Shown piece by piece: positions 18,907-28,532 of a DNA stretch of 64,000 nucleotides; the first letter of the stretch is position 1, and each line of letters starts with the position of its first letter. Made by a program: the position numbers and the translations under genes. This DNA is from Candidatus Gastranaerophilales bacterium (GTDB lineage: Bacteria; Cyanobacteriota; Vampirovibrionia; Gastranaerophilales; Gastranaerophilaceae). The DNA is taken from the NCBI GenBank assembly GCA_944322755.1, contig CALUPY010000002.1, forward strand, positions 95,790 through 159,789, written 5' to 3'. The notes beneath the pieces are model-generated. The model was not told the DNA's origin, searched no databases, and saw nothing but the letters and a program-made list of their open reading frames with translations.

Positions 18907-19214
18907 TGAGCAAGATTAAAAACAACACAGAAAGATTATACGATATCATCAAGAGACCTATAATCACAGAAAAATCTATGGAAGCAACTACTCTCCAGCA
19001 ATACACTTTTGAAGTTTTAAAAGATGCAACAAAAGTTGAAATTGCACAGGCAGTAGAACTTGCATTCCCCGGAAGAAAAGTTACAAAAGTTAGAACAGTG
19101 TATGTTCCATCTCACGCCAAAAGAGTTGGATACTCAATGGGGCGTACTCAATCCGGCAAAAAAGCAATTGTCACGATTGAAGGCGAACCGCTTAACGAAT
19201 TAATTGGAGCTTAA
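18906..19214 (+). CDS. rplW: 50S ribosomal protein L23
   Basis: YDIIKRPIITEKS motif. The start overlaps the rplD stop (TAATG). Confidence 0.95.
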   Translation: MSKIKNNTERLYDIIKRPIITEKSMEATTLQQYTFEVLKDATKVEIAQAVELAFPGRKVTKVRTVYVPSHAKRVGYSMGRTQSGKKAIVTIEGEPLNELIGA

Positions 19215-19267
19215 CGGTGGCTGAGATGCCGATGGTTAAGTAAAACTCTAGGAAACAGGAGCAGAAA

Positions 19268-20095
19268 ATGGCTATAAAGAAAATTAATCCGACTTCACCA
19301 GGACAAAGAGGAATGACAAAAAGTGATTTCTCGGAAATTACTGCAACCACTCCCCACAAACCGTTGGTGAAATCATTAAAAAGAACAGCCGGAAGAAACA
19401 ATACCGGCCGAATTACTTGTCGTCACAAAGGTGGCGGTGCAAAGAGATCTTACCGCGTTGTTGATTTTAAACGCGAAAAATTTGGTGTACCTGGCGTCGT
19501 AAAAACAATAGAATACGATCCGAACAGAAACGTAAGAATTTCTCTCGTATTCTATGCCGACGGTGAAAAGAGATATATCTTGACACCTCAAAACCTTAAT
19601 GTAGGTGATACTATTGTCTCAGGGCCCAATGCTGAAATTAATACCGGTAATGCACTTCCGTTAGAACTTATTCCGCTAGGTACTATGGTGCATAATATCG
19701 AAATGATTCCCGGCCGCGGTGCAAAACTCGTTCGTACAGCTGGCGGTGCTGCGCAGCTTATGGCGAAAGAGGGCAATTATGTTACTCTGAAAATGCCAAG
19801 TTCAGAAATGAGAATGATTAGAAAAGAATGTTTAGCAACAATTGGCGTGCTTGGTAACTCAGAGTTTAAAAACTTATCACTCGGTAAAGCCGGTAGAAAA
19901 AGATACCTTGGTATCAGACCGACAGTCCGTGGTGTTACAATGAACCCCTGCGATCACCCGCATGGTGGTGGTGAAGGTAAAACAGGTCCCGGCGGACACC
20001 CGAAAACTCCATGGGGTAAACCGGCTCTTGGTTACAAAACTAGAAAAGCTAACAAACATTCTGACAAATATATTGTCAGAGCTAGAAAACGTTAA
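19268..20095 (+). CDS. rplB: 50S ribosomal protein L2
   Basis: [16 protein letters not shown] and [13 protein letters not shown] motifs. Confidence 0.95.
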   Translation: MAIKKINPTSPGQRGMTKSDFSEITATTPHKPLVKSLKRTAGRNNTGRITCRHKGGGAKRSYRVVDFKREKFGVPGVVKTIEYDPNRNVRISLVFYADGEKRYILTPQNLNVGDTIVSGPNAEINTGNALPLELIPLGTMVHNIEMIPGRGAKLVRTAGGAAQLMAKEGNYVTLKMPSSEMRMIRKECLATIGVLGNSEFKNLSLGKAGRKRYLGIRPTVRGVTMNPCDHPHGGGEGKTGPGGHPKTPWGKPALGYKTRKANKHSDKYIVRARKR

Positions 20096-20113
20096 TAAGT
20101 AAGGAGATAATGA

Positions 20114-20395
20114 ATGGCTCGTTCGCTAAAAAAAGGTCCATTTGTACAAGAATCACTTCAGAAAAAAATCGCTAAAATGAACGAAGCTGGAGAGAAAAAA
20201 GTAATAAAAACTTGGTCAAGAGCATCAATGATTGTTCCCGATATGCTCGGTCATACAATCGCAGTGCACAATGGAAAAAGCCATGTACCGGTTTATGTTA
20301 CGGAACAAATGGTTGGTCATAAATTGGGTGAATTTGCACCTACAAGAATGTTTAGAGGCCACGCAGGCCAAGATAAAACGGCAAAAAGGAAGTAA
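20114..20395 (+). CDS. rpsS: 30S ribosomal protein S19
   Basis: [11 protein letters not shown]...[10 protein letters not shown] motifs. Confidence 0.95.
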   Translation: MARSLKKGPFVQESLQKKIAKMNEAGEKKVIKTWSRASMIVPDMLGHTIAVHNGKSHVPVYVTEQMVGHKLGEFAPTRMFRGHAGQDKTAKRK

Positions 20396-20398
20396 ATT

Positions 20399-20737
20399 AT
20401 GCAAGAATCAATGGCAAAACAAACGAATATACAAATGCCTGCCCGTAAATTACGCCGTGTAATTAACGAGATAAGAGGCAAATCAGTCTCGGAAGCAGTA
20501 AGAATTCTGAAATTTATGCCGTATTTTGCAGCAAGAGTGGTCGAACAGAACTTAATCGCCGCTATTGCTAATGCCAGTGAAAAATTTGGCGCAAGCGCAA
20601 GCGACTTGAAAGTTTCAGAAATTTATGCAGACGAAAGTAAAACTTACAAAAGAGGTAAGCCGAGAGCTCAGGGAAGAATTTACAGAAGGCTAAAGCGTAC
20701 TTCTCATTTGACAGTAAAATTAAGTAGTAATAATTAA
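20399..20737 (+). CDS. rplV: 50S ribosomal protein L22
   Basis: [25 protein letters not shown] motif. The start may be the Met at 20411. Confidence 0.9.
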   Translation: MQESMAKQTNIQMPARKLRRVINEIRGKSVSEAVRILKFMPYFAARVVEQNLIAAIANASEKFGASASDLKVSEIYADESKTYKRGKPRAQGRIYRRLKRTSHLTVKLSSNN

Positions 20738-20748
20738 GGAGGCTTACC

Positions 20749-21480
20749 TTGGGACAGAAAACACATCCAAAAGGATTTAGAGTCGGAATAATCGAACCTT
20801 GGGAAAGCACATGGTTTGCTAAAAAGAAAGATTACCCCGAATTTGTATCCGAAGACGAAAAAATTAGAAGATATATCAAGAAAAGATTATACACAGCAGG
20901 CATATCAAAAATCTTGATTGCCAGAAAAGCACAGAACGTAAATATCACTGTTGTGACTGCAAAGCCCGGTATCGTAGTCGGTAGAGGCGGTCAGGGCATT
21001 GAAGACTTGAGAGCTGATGTGGCTAAATTAATTAAAAGAACAGTTTCAATTGACGTTGTTGAAGTAGCAAGAATTGATGCTGATGCTCAACTGGTTTCTG
21101 AGTCTATTGCTCTCCAGCTTGAAAAACGTATTGCTTTCAGAAGAGCAATGAAACAGGCTGTTCAAAGAACAATGAGGTCCGGCGTTCAAGGTATCAAAAT
21201 TATGGTATCAGGACGTTTGGGTGGTGCAGAAATCGCAAGAAGCGAATGGGTTAAAGAAGGAAGAATTCCTCTGCAGACTCTGAGAGCCGATGTAGATTAC
21301 GGTTTCGCCGAGGCTGATACTATCATGGGAAAAATCGGCGTTAAGGTTTGGATATTTAAAGGAAACCTTCTGCCCGGTGAAAAAGCTGATCAGAATGTAA
21401 AATCCAAAAAATCTACAGGCGTTGAAGAAAAAAATCTTGGCGGCAGAAGAAGAAGAAAAGCCGTTCAAACTGAAGAATAA
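20749..21480 (+). CDS. rpsC: 30S ribosomal protein S3 (TTG start, Lys/Arg-rich C-terminal extension)
   Basis: (M)[14 protein letters not shown] and KH-domain motifs. The first codon is TTG. Confidence 0.95.
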   Translation: MGQKTHPKGFRVGIIEPWESTWFAKKKDYPEFVSEDEKIRRYIKKRLYTAGISKILIARKAQNVNITVVTAKPGIVVGRGGQGIEDLRADVAKLIKRTVSIDVVEVARIDADAQLVSESIALQLEKRIAFRRAMKQAVQRTMRSGVQGIKIMVSGRLGGAEIARSEWVKEGRIPLQTLRADVDYGFAEADTIMGKIGVKVWIFKGNLLPGEKADQNVKSKKSTGVEEKNLGGRRRRKAVQTEE

Positions 21481-21510
21481 GTTAATAAAAATTAGGAGCG
21501 AAAAACAAAA

Positions 21511-21933
21511 ATGTTAATGCCCAAAAAAACAAAATATCGTAAAAAAATGAAAGGTAATAGAAAAGGTCATGAAACTCGCGGTACAAAACTTGAGTTTGGT
21601 TCATTTGGCTTGATTGCTTGTGAACCCGCCTGGATTACCTCAAGACAAATAGAAGCAGCAAGACGAGCTATGACTCGTAATATAAAAAGAGGCGGTAACG
21701 TCTGGATTAAAATTTTCCCTGACAAACCCATTACTGCAAAACCTGCTGAAACTCGTATGGGTAAGGGAAAAGGCTCTCCGGAATACTGGGTAGCTGTTGT
21801 TAAGCCTAACAGAGTGTTGTTTGAAATCGACTTCCCTGTCAGAGAGACAGCTATAGAAGCTCTTGAGCTTGCTGCACAAAAACTTCCTATTAAAGTGAAA
21901 GTTATAGAAAAAGAAGCCCAGGCTGAGGCATAA
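21511..21933 (+). CDS. rplP: 50S ribosomal protein L16
   Basis: [15 protein letters not shown]...RMGKGKG motifs. Confidence 0.95.
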   Translation: MLMPKKTKYRKKMKGNRKGHETRGTKLEFGSFGLIACEPAWITSRQIEAARRAMTRNIKRGGNVWIKIFPDKPITAKPAETRMGKGKGSPEYWVAVVKPNRVLFEIDFPVRETAIEALELAAQKLPIKVKVIEKEAQAEA

Positions 21934-22000
21934 TCCCTTTGCGGACAAACCTCGCCCCAGCCGCATTAAAGTGCGGAAACAAGGAATAAAGGACAAAAAA

Positions 22001-22195
22001 ATGAAGTTACAAGAAATCAGAGAAAAATCTATAGATGAGCTTCTGGAACTGATTAAAGATTCCAAAAAACAGCTTTTGGATTTGAGAATGCAAAAAGCTT
22101 TGCAGAAACTCGAAAACACTGCTGAAATCGGAAAACTCAAAACAGTCATTGCTCAGGCTAAGACAGTTATTAAAGAAAAGTCAGAGGTAAAGTAA
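22001..22195 (+). CDS. rpmC: 50S ribosomal protein L29
   Basis: MKLQEIREKSIDELLELIKDSKKQLLDLRMQ. ATG 22001 is preferred over the GTG 21971 track start. Confidence 0.9.
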   Translation: MKLQEIREKSIDELLELIKDSKKQLLDLRMQKALQKLENTAEIGKLKTVIAQAKTVIKEKSEVK

Positions 22196-22196
22196 G

Positions 22197-22442
22197 ATGC
22201 CGAAGAAAGAAAAACAAGGTGTTGTAATTAGCAACAAAATGGATAAAACTGCCGTTGTTAAAGTGGCAGAATACAACAAGCACCCTAAATACCACAAAAT
22301 CATAGAAACTACAAAAAACTACAAAGCACATGATGCAGAAAATGCTTGCGGTGTAGGCGACGTAGTGAGAATTGTGGAATCAAGGCCTATTTCCGGCGGA
22401 AAACGTTGGAATATTGCTCAGATTGTTGAAAAAGCAAACTAG
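22197..22442 (+). CDS. rpsQ: 30S ribosomal protein S17
   Basis: GVVISNKMDKTAVVKV...HDAENACGVGDVVRIVESRPIS motifs. Confidence 0.95.
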   Translation: MPKKEKQGVVISNKMDKTAVVKVAEYNKHPKYHKIIETTKNYKAHDAENACGVGDVVRIVESRPISGGKRWNIAQIVEKAN

Positions 22443-22553
22443 TTTAGGTGTGTTAGGCGGGGACTGCCTTAAACCGGCAGCTGAGTCAAAAGCCGTTTTG
22501 GATAAGTCCTTGCGGTAAAGATTCCAATAATTTAAGTATAAGGATAAGTAACA

Positions 22554-22922
22554 ATGATACAACCAGAAACCAGATTAGTCGTAGCTGACAACACAGGCGC
22601 AAAAGAACTTTTGTGTATTCGTGTAATGGGCAGTTCAAATAAAAAATATGCTCACGTCGGTGATGTAATTGTAGCGACTGTTAAAGATGCTACTCCGAAT
22701 ATGGCTGTAAAGAAATCTGAAGTCGTAAAAGCTGTTGTTGTCAGAACAAAAGCTGATATCAAACGTGCTGACGGATCAGTTATCAGATTTGATGAAAATG
22801 CAGCGGTAATTATTAACAAGGACGGCAACCCTAGAGGTACACGTGTATTTGGACCGGTTGCAAGAGAACTTCGTGAAAAGAATTTCATGAAAATTATCTC
22901 ACTGGCTCCCGAAGTTATATAA
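22554..22922 (+). CDS. rplN: 50S ribosomal protein L14
   Basis: [24 protein letters not shown]. It is preceded by a 111-nt structured spacer. Confidence 0.95.
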   Translation: MIQPETRLVVADNTGAKELLCIRVMGSSNKKYAHVGDVIVATVKDATPNMAVKKSEVVKAVVVRTKADIKRADGSVIRFDENAAVIINKDGNPRGTRVFGPVARELREKNFMKIISLAPEVI

Positions 22923-22934
22923 GGAACAACGAAA

Positions 22935-23285
22935 ATGAGAAATACTAAAAAACAAATAGAAAAACACGATTTGCATGTAAAAACCGGTGACAGAGTAATC
23001 GTTACCGCCGGCAAAGACAGAGGCAAAATTGGTAATATCAAAAAAATTGTTGCATCTGAAAACAAGGTAATTGTTGAAGGTGCCAATATGATTAAAAAAG
23101 CCCAGAAACCCAATCCTATGGCTGGTATTCAGGGCGGTCTCATCGATATCGAAGCTCCGATGGATTCATCAAAAGTTATGATTTACTGCCAGAGCTGCGA
23201 AAAAGCTACCCGTGTTAAACATGAAATCGTTGACGGTAAAAAAGTCCGTGTTTGCAAAAAATGCGGCGAACATATTGACGCGTAA
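22935..23285 (+). CDS. rplX: 50S ribosomal protein L24 (Cys4 C-terminal variant)
   Basis: HVKTGDRVIVTAGKDRGKIG KOW motif. The C-terminus carries CQSC...CKKC. Confidence 0.95.
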   Translation: MRNTKKQIEKHDLHVKTGDRVIVTAGKDRGKIGNIKKIVASENKVIVEGANMIKKAQKPNPMAGIQGGLIDIEAPMDSSKVMIYCQSCEKATRVKHEIVDGKKVRVCKKCGEHIDA

Positions 23286-23362
23286 CACATAAGTATGGGC
23301 ATCTTGTTTGAGGTATAATTTTACCGTGAATGAAGATGCATTCTACGGAAGGAAAAAAGAAA

Positions 23363-23923
23363 ATGACAGTAACTAAAGATTTAAAAGTTAAATACAACGA
23401 AGAAGTTAAAGATGCACTCAAATCTCAATTTGGTTATGATAATGTACACCAGATTCCGAAACTTGACAAAATCGTTATCAACATGGGTGTCGGTGAAGCT
23501 TGCCATAACTCAAAACTGGCTGAAAGCATTGTTGCACAGTTGACAAAAATTGCCGGTCAAAGAGCAGTAATTACCAGAGCAAAAAAATCAATCGCATCTT
23601 TTAAGCTCAGAGAAGGCATGCCTGTCGGCGCAATGGTTACACTTCGCGGCGAAAGAATGTATGACTTTCTTCAAAAATTGATTTGTGTTGTACTCCCCAG
23701 AATCCGTGACTTTAGAGGCGTTTCTTCTAAGAGTTTCGACGGTAGAGGTAATTATACATTAGGGTTAAAAGAACAGTCTTTGTTCCCTGAGATTACATAT
23801 GATGAAGTTGATCTTGTTAAAGGTATGAACATTTCTATCATCACAACAGCAAAAACCGATGAAGAAGCCAGAGCTCTTCTTGCAGAACTCGGCATGCCTT
23901 TCAAGAAAAAATCACACAACTAA
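23363..23923 (+). CDS. rplE: 50S ribosomal protein L5
   Basis: [43 protein letters not shown] 23363 is preferred over track start 23330. Confidence 0.95.
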   Translation: MTVTKDLKVKYNEEVKDALKSQFGYDNVHQIPKLDKIVINMGVGEACHNSKLAESIVAQLTKIAGQRAVITRAKKSIASFKLREGMPVGAMVTLRGERMYDFLQKLICVVLPRIRDFRGVSSKSFDGRGNYTLGLKEQSLFPEITYDEVDLVKGMNISIITTAKTDEEARALLAELGMPFKKKSHN

Positions 23924-24002
23924 GCTAAAAACAGCTTAAATAGCAAAAAGCAATTTAAAGCCGCTAAATTGGCGGAATAAATACAAAAAGGAGAAATTAA
24001 TC

Positions 24003-24209
24003 GTGGCTAAAAAAGCAATGATAGCTAAAGAACAAAAAAGAGAATTGCTCGTATCAAAGGGCAAATACCCGAGAGTAAGACTCCATAACAGATGTTCTGT
24101 ATGCGGACGTCCTCACGGATTCCACAGAGATTTCGGTCTTTGCAGAATCTGCCTGAGAAAAATGGCGCATGAAGGCTTGTTACCCGGTGTAGTTAAAGCA
24201 AGTTGGTAA
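24003..24209 (+). CDS. rpsN: 30S ribosomal protein S14, short zinc-binding (type Z) form, GTG start
   Basis: [20 protein letters not shown] zinc-ribbon and C-terminal KASW. SD AAAGGAG lies upstream. Confidence 0.9.
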   Translation: MAKKAMIAKEQKRELLVSKGKYPRVRLHNRCSVCGRPHGFHRDFGLCRICLRKMAHEGLLPGVVKASW

Positions 24210-24395
24210 CAATTTGTTCTTGACTATACTGCTAGACAGGCAGGGGGTGCGTTTGCGGCTTCTGCGTTACGGCGGCAGGTATAGTACCTGCACCGCAAAG
24301 TTTTAGTAAGTAGTAAGGGAATCAGTTTATAAAAGGCGGCTGTATAATCGCCGCGGCTTTAAAAATTGAGAGCCCGCAAGAAAAAGGAATATAAA
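24210..24395 (+). other. 186-nt structured spacer between rpsN and rpsH
   Basis: GC-rich. 7-bp hairpin GCAGGTA-TAG-TACCTGC (24275..24291) and flanking complementary GGTGC / GCACC and TTTGCGG / CCGCAAA segments. Confidence 0.5.
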
Positions 24396-24791
24396 ATGTA
24401 CACAGATCCGATAGCAGATATGCTCACAAGAATCAGAAACGCAAACATCGTTTCTCATCCGGAAGTTGAAATGCCGAGTTCAAAATTAAAACTTGAACTG
24501 GCTAAAGTTTTGAAAGAAGAAGGATACATTACTGATTACACAGAAAAAGAATCAGGAAAATTCAAAGTCCTTTCTATCACCTTGAAATACGATGAAAAGA
24601 ATAAACCTGTAATTTCAAACCTGAAAAGGGTTTCAAAAACAGGTCTCAGAATTTATTGCAAAGCTAAAAACCTTCCGCAGGTATTCGGCGGCTTGGGAAT
24701 AGCTATTATTTCTACCAGCAAAGGCTTGATGACAGACAGAAAAGCCAGAAAAGAAAACATCGGCGGAGAAATCCTCTGCTATGTATGGTAG
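24396..24791 (+). CDS. rpsH: 30S ribosomal protein S8
   Basis: [19 protein letters not shown] 24396 is preferred over track start 24366. Confidence 0.95.
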   Translation: MYTDPIADMLTRIRNANIVSHPEVEMPSSKLKLELAKVLKEEGYITDYTEKESGKFKVLSITLKYDEKNKPVISNLKRVSKTGLRIYCKAKNLPQVFGGLGIAIISTSKGLMTDRKARKENIGGEILCYVW

Positions 24792-24899
24792 TCCCCATCT
24801 TTATTAGTTAGTTAAAAATTAGCGAGCAAGCCCGGGATTGAGAATAGAAAAGACTGAAAATAAAACAGTTTGGGGCTGGCGAGCAAGAAGGAGATAAAA
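24792..24899 (+). other. 108-nt spacer between rpsH and rplF with a direct 9-mer repeat
   Basis: GCGAGCAAG occurs at 24822..24830 and 24879..24887. AGCCC / GGGCT are complementary segments. Confidence 0.4.
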
Positions 24900-25439
24900 A
24901 TGTCACGTATAGGTAAAAAACCTGTTGAAATTCCGGAAGGCGTCGAAGTTAAAATCGACGGTCAGACCGTCACTGCCAAAGGACCGCTCGGTACAGAGAC
25001 TGTCACTGTATGCCCCGAAATTTCCGTTAAATTAGAAGATAATCACGTTGTATTAGCTAAAGTTCAGGACGACAGAAAATCCCGCTCACTTTGGGGCTTG
25101 TCCAGAACTCTCGTTAATAACGCTGTTCAAGGCGTAAAACACGGTTTTGAAAAGAAACTTGAAATCAACGGCGTCGGCTACCGTGCAAATATGGAAGGTA
25201 CAGTATTGAACCTTGCGCTCGGTTATTCTCACCCGGTAAAAGTAGAACCTCCGCAGGGTATCACTATCACTGTTGAAAATAACACAAAAATCACTGTAAA
25301 AGGTGCTAACAAACAGCTTGTCGGTGATGTTGCTGCTGAAATCAGAGGAAAGAGACCTCCTGAAGTATACAAAGGAAAAGGTATCAAGTACGAAGGCGAA
25401 CACATCAGACGTAAAGCCGGTAAAACTGGTAAGAAGTAA
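24900..25439 (+). CDS. rplF: 50S ribosomal protein L6
   Basis: MSRIGKKPVEIPEGV. ATG 24900 is preferred over track start 24870. Confidence 0.95.
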   Translation: MSRIGKKPVEIPEGVEVKIDGQTVTAKGPLGTETVTVCPEISVKLEDNHVVLAKVQDDRKSRSLWGLSRTLVNNAVQGVKHGFEKKLEINGVGYRANMEGTVLNLALGYSHPVKVEPPQGITITVENNTKITVKGANKQLVGDVAAEIRGKRPPEVYKGKGIKYEGEHIRRKAGKTGKK

Positions 25440-25448
25440 GGGGTAGTC

Positions 25449-25766
25449 ATGAAAGTAAATCCAGTATCTTTCGGTAAAATATTCGATATACGCTACAAAC
25501 AGGGGCTTGATACATCGAAAGAACAAGTCGAAAATCGTATTGAAAAAGACCAGGCTACCATTTTTCGCAACCGCAGTGTAATCTTTGTTGACAGGGTTGA
25601 TTTTGTCAATAATAATACAAAATTCTACGGAAGATTACACCCGGAGGGGTTGAGAATATTCACTGAAGATTCATACAAGGATTATACGTTATTAAAATCC
25701 ATTGACCAGGACGCTGCTGATCAGTATACAGCTAATGAAGCTAAACAATTAGTAGTCACAGTATAG
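25449..25766 (+). CDS. hypothetical acidic protein encoded inside the ribosomal protein operon
   Basis: 105-aa ORF. Strong SD AAGGGG 5 nt upstream of the ATG, starting 9 nt after the rplF stop. No resemblance to any r-protein I recognise. Confidence 0.6.
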   Translation: MKVNPVSFGKIFDIRYKQGLDTSKEQVENRIEKDQATIFRNRSVIFVDRVDFVNNNTKFYGRLHPEGLRIFTEDSYKDYTLLKSIDQDAADQYTANEAKQLVVTV

Positions 25767-25848
25767 ATAAAGCCGGTATAAGCCCTTATAGAATGTTTGA
25801 ATAAAATCAAAATTCAAAGTAAGAAGGCTTCGGTGAAAGGAAAGAAAA

Positions 25849-26217
25849 ATGATTGGAACAAAAAACAGAAAAGAACAAACCAGAAAAAGACACCAGAGAG
25901 TAAGACTCAAAATCTCAGGAACTGCAGAAGCTCCAAGACTGGCTGTCTACAGAAGTACAAAACACATTTACGCTCAGCTTATTGATGACGTAAAAGGCGT
26001 TACAATCTGCTCTGCTTCTTCAATTGATAAAGATTTAAAAGCAAACCTTGCACACGGTGGAAACATTGAATCAGCAAAAGCAGTGGGAGAAGCAATCGCT
26101 AAAAAAGCACTTGCTGCAGGTATAAAAGATTGCGTTTTTGACAGAGGCGGTTTCCTTTATCATGGCAGAGTTGCTGCACTCGCAGACGCTGCAAGGGAAG
26201 CAGGTTTGAATTTTTAA
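25849..26217 (+). CDS. rplR: 50S ribosomal protein L18
   Basis: [34 protein letters not shown] and [15 protein letters not shown] motifs. Confidence 0.95.
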   Translation: MIGTKNRKEQTRKRHQRVRLKISGTAEAPRLAVYRSTKHIYAQLIDDVKGVTICSASSIDKDLKANLAHGGNIESAKAVGEAIAKKALAAGIKDCVFDRGGFLYHGRVAALADAAREAGLNF

Positions 26218-26243
26218 TAAAACAACTCATAATTATATTGATA

Positions 26244-26280
26244 AAAGCTCTCTGTAGTCTACAGTGAGCTTTTTGTTTTT
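26244..26280 (+). terminator. intrinsic terminator ending the ribosomal protein cluster after rplR
   Basis: AAAGCTC...GAGCTTT stem with an inner CTGTAG/CTACAG pairing, followed by TTTTTGTTTTT. Confidence 0.65.
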
Positions 26281-26342
26281 AATGAATATAAACCCCTGAT
26301 TAGAAAAATAAATCAGGGCTTTTATTAATTTAAATTAAGATT

Positions 26343-26918
26343 TTAAAATTTTACCTGAGGAACTGCTTTTTCTGCTTCGCTTGCTTCGAAGTATTCACGC
26401 GTTTTTATACCTGAAATTGCCGCAACTATTGATGTCGGGAATGTCCTGATTTTAGCATTGAGTGTTTTTACGCTTTCGTTGTAGTCCATTCTCGCAACCG
26501 CAAGTCTGTTTTCTGTTCCTGCAAGTTCATCCTGCAGAGCAGTAAAAGATTTGTCAGCTTTGAGCTGTGGATATCTCTCAACAACGAGCAGTAGTCTGGA
26601 TAAAGCTCCGGTAAGTTCGCTATTGCTGTTTTGAATGGCTTTTACGTCATTTTTATTCATTGCACCGGAGAGTTTTGAGCGTGCGTCTGCAATGTTTGTG
26701 AATACTGCTTTTTCATGGGTTGCATAGCCCTTGACCGTTTCAACAAGGTTCGGTATTAAATCATTTCTCCTTTTTAGCTGGTTTTCAACCTGTGCCCATT
26801 GGCCGTTTATTTGTTCGTCCATAATTTGAAGATTGTTGTACGCACCGATAAAAGAACCGGCTATCATTACTCCGAGAATCAGTATTACTCCTAAAATAAT
26901 CCATACTGTTTTGTTCAT
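26343..26918 (-). CDS. lemA: LemA family protein
   Basis: 191 aa. N-terminal TM, YNNLQ...WAQVENQLKRRNDLIPNLVETVKGYA and ...RMDYNESVKTLN are LemA hallmarks. Confidence 0.9.
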   Translation of the reverse strand: MNKTVWIILGVILILGVMIAGSFIGAYNNLQIMDEQINGQWAQVENQLKRRNDLIPNLVETVKGYATHEKAVFTNIADARSKLSGAMNKNDVKAIQNSNSELTGALSRLLLVVERYPQLKADKSFTALQDELAGTENRLAVARMDYNESVKTLNAKIRTFPTSIVAAISGIKTREYFEASEAEKAVPQVKF

Positions 26919-26938
26919 ATTTTGACTCCTTTATTTTA

Positions 26939-27637
26939 TTACATGTTGTTTGCATAGTTTAGCAAAATCGTTATAGAGCTGACTATTTCATCAGCAAACT
27001 CAATAATTTCTTTGTTATTCATCTTGCATTGCTTCCGTTTGTAACAAAGCAGTTTTTCATATGTTCCTGTATTGAGACCTGTTATTTCTCCGACTTTTTT
27101 GATTATATCTGACTTTTCGTCAGGTACATTTGTAAACTTAACTCTTAATATTGCTTTAAATATTGCATTACACGTTTTTGTAAGCGGTATAAAGCTGTCT
27201 TTGAGGCGTTTGGGATTGTCTGCATTTTCAAGATAAAACTGTCTGAATCGCATAAGAAGATTTTTCGTCTCCTGTTCACACTGAAAACGAATATTGTCCT
27301 TATCAACTGTTATTCCTGATATCAAATCTTCACCATATAAAATTCTGTGAGTATCTTTTATGTCAGAATACTCCATTGCATAAACATCGGCAGAATGAAA
27401 CCATTCTGTTTTGTCCATAAAAACTGGAGATGGATTGCCGCCTTTTATCCATTTTTTTACCGCTGTTGAGCATGCTCTAAGGTCTACTCCTGAAAGATTT
27501 TCAATAATAACCATTATATTTACATCTGATCTAAGCTGTTCATTAGTGTATTTAACTTTCGAACCATACATAAACACAGAAGTCAGTCGTTCGTTCAATA
27601 TATTTTGAAGTTCATTTATAAATTTTTCCATTACCAT
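26939..27637 (-). CDS. nucleotidyltransferase-fold-like protein (uncertain)
   Basis: 232 aa. N-terminal FMYGSKVKYTNEQLRSDVNIMVI resembles the GS...DxD minimal NTase motif but has D.N instead of D.D. Confidence 0.4.
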   Translation of the reverse strand: MVMEKFINELQNILNERLTSVFMYGSKVKYTNEQLRSDVNIMVIIENLSGVDLRACSTAVKKWIKGGNPSPVFMDKTEWFHSADVYAMEYSDIKDTHRILYGEDLISGITVDKDNIRFQCEQETKNLLMRFRQFYLENADNPKRLKDSFIPLTKTCNAIFKAILRVKFTNVPDEKSDIIKKVGEITGLNTGTYEKLLCYKRKQCKMNNKEIIEFADEIVSSITILLNYANNM

Positions 27638-28344
27638 CCTCCTGAGGCTCCGCCTCCTCCGAATCCGCCTCCGCCGCCAAATCCTCCGAATCCGCCTGAT
27701 GAAAAGCCATGTGAAGAATATCCACCGAGGAAAATCGGGAAGAATCCTCCCCTGAAACTTAGCGATATAAAAACAATTACAAGAATTAAAAATAGTGCGT
27801 CGCTGCCTTCACTTGTTTTTATTGGCGGCGGTATGCATTGGTCTGTATTTATTGTTTTTCCGTAAGATTTTGCTATATCAGAAGCTAAAGTATAACTGCC
27901 TCTTAATATACCGTTTTCGTATTCGCCCCGGCTGAAATATGGCAGCATGTCGTTATCTCTTATCCGTCCTGCATGAGCGTCAGTAATTGCGCCTTCAAGC
28001 CCGTAGCCGATTTCTATTCTCATTTTTCTTTCGTTCGGGGCAACGAGAATGACAGCTCCGTTGTTTTTTCCTTTTGCTCCGATTTTCATATTTCTGCCGA
28101 TTTTAAGAGCTGTTTCTTCTATAGACCGTCCGTCCAGGGATTTTACTGTTACCACTGCAACATCAGAGGTCGTTTTCTTCTGTAAATCCCACAAAAATGC
28201 ATTGATTTTTTCTTCAACCGCGGGTGAAAGCAGATTTGCATTATCTGCAATAAATCCGTTAAATTTTATATTCGTGTCTGCAAAAACTGCATTCGTTATA
28301 AAAAATAAAAATATAAAAAGAATTGATATAATAATTTTTTTCAT
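27631..28344 (-). CDS. TPM-domain protein (YgcG-like) with TM and Gly-rich tail
   Basis: Signal peptide, then a TPM body (VVTVKSLDG...RIEIGYGLEG). The C-terminus has a TM segment plus GGFGGFGGGGGFGGGGASGGW. Confidence 0.8.
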   Translation of the reverse strand: MKKIIISILFIFLFFITNAVFADTNIKFNGFIADNANLLSPAVEEKINAFLWDLQKKTTSDVAVVTVKSLDGRSIEETALKIGRNMKIGAKGKNNGAVILVAPNERKMRIEIGYGLEGAITDAHAGRIRDNDMLPYFSRGEYENGILRGSYTLASDIAKSYGKTINTDQCIPPPIKTSEGSDALFLILVIVFISLSFRGGFFPIFLGGYSSHGFSSGGFGGFGGGGGFGGGGASGGW

Positions 28345-28532
28345 CTTAAAAAAATTATAGAGCTTTTTATTTATTTTTACAATTAGACTTTATATACAAA
28401 AATTTATAAACCTGTATAAAAAAATTTGCTTGTAGTATATTTTTATTATTAGAAGTAGAATAATTACATAATGTAAATATTTATTGAAAACTGGCAAAAA
28501 AATAGGTTTTTCGCTTTAATAGAAACAGGACA

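Noticed and set aside
21640-23113. Long minus-strand ORFs (169 aa and 153 aa) across rplP-rpmC and rplN-rplX
   Set aside because: They are antisense shadows of highly conserved ribosomal protein genes, with Ser/Phe/Leu-rich nonsense-like translations.
23170-23285. CxxC...CxxC in the C-terminus of L24 as a novel zinc-ribbon r-protein variant
   Set aside because: From memory, Thermus-type L24 proteins carry the same Cys4 arrangement at the equivalent positions, so this is likely a known C+ form. It is worth only a quick alignment check.
27640-27700. Repetitive CCTCCGAATCCGCC-type DNA
   Set aside because: It is the coding sequence (minus strand) of the Gly-rich C-terminal tail typical of TPM/YgcG proteins, not a non-coding repeat.
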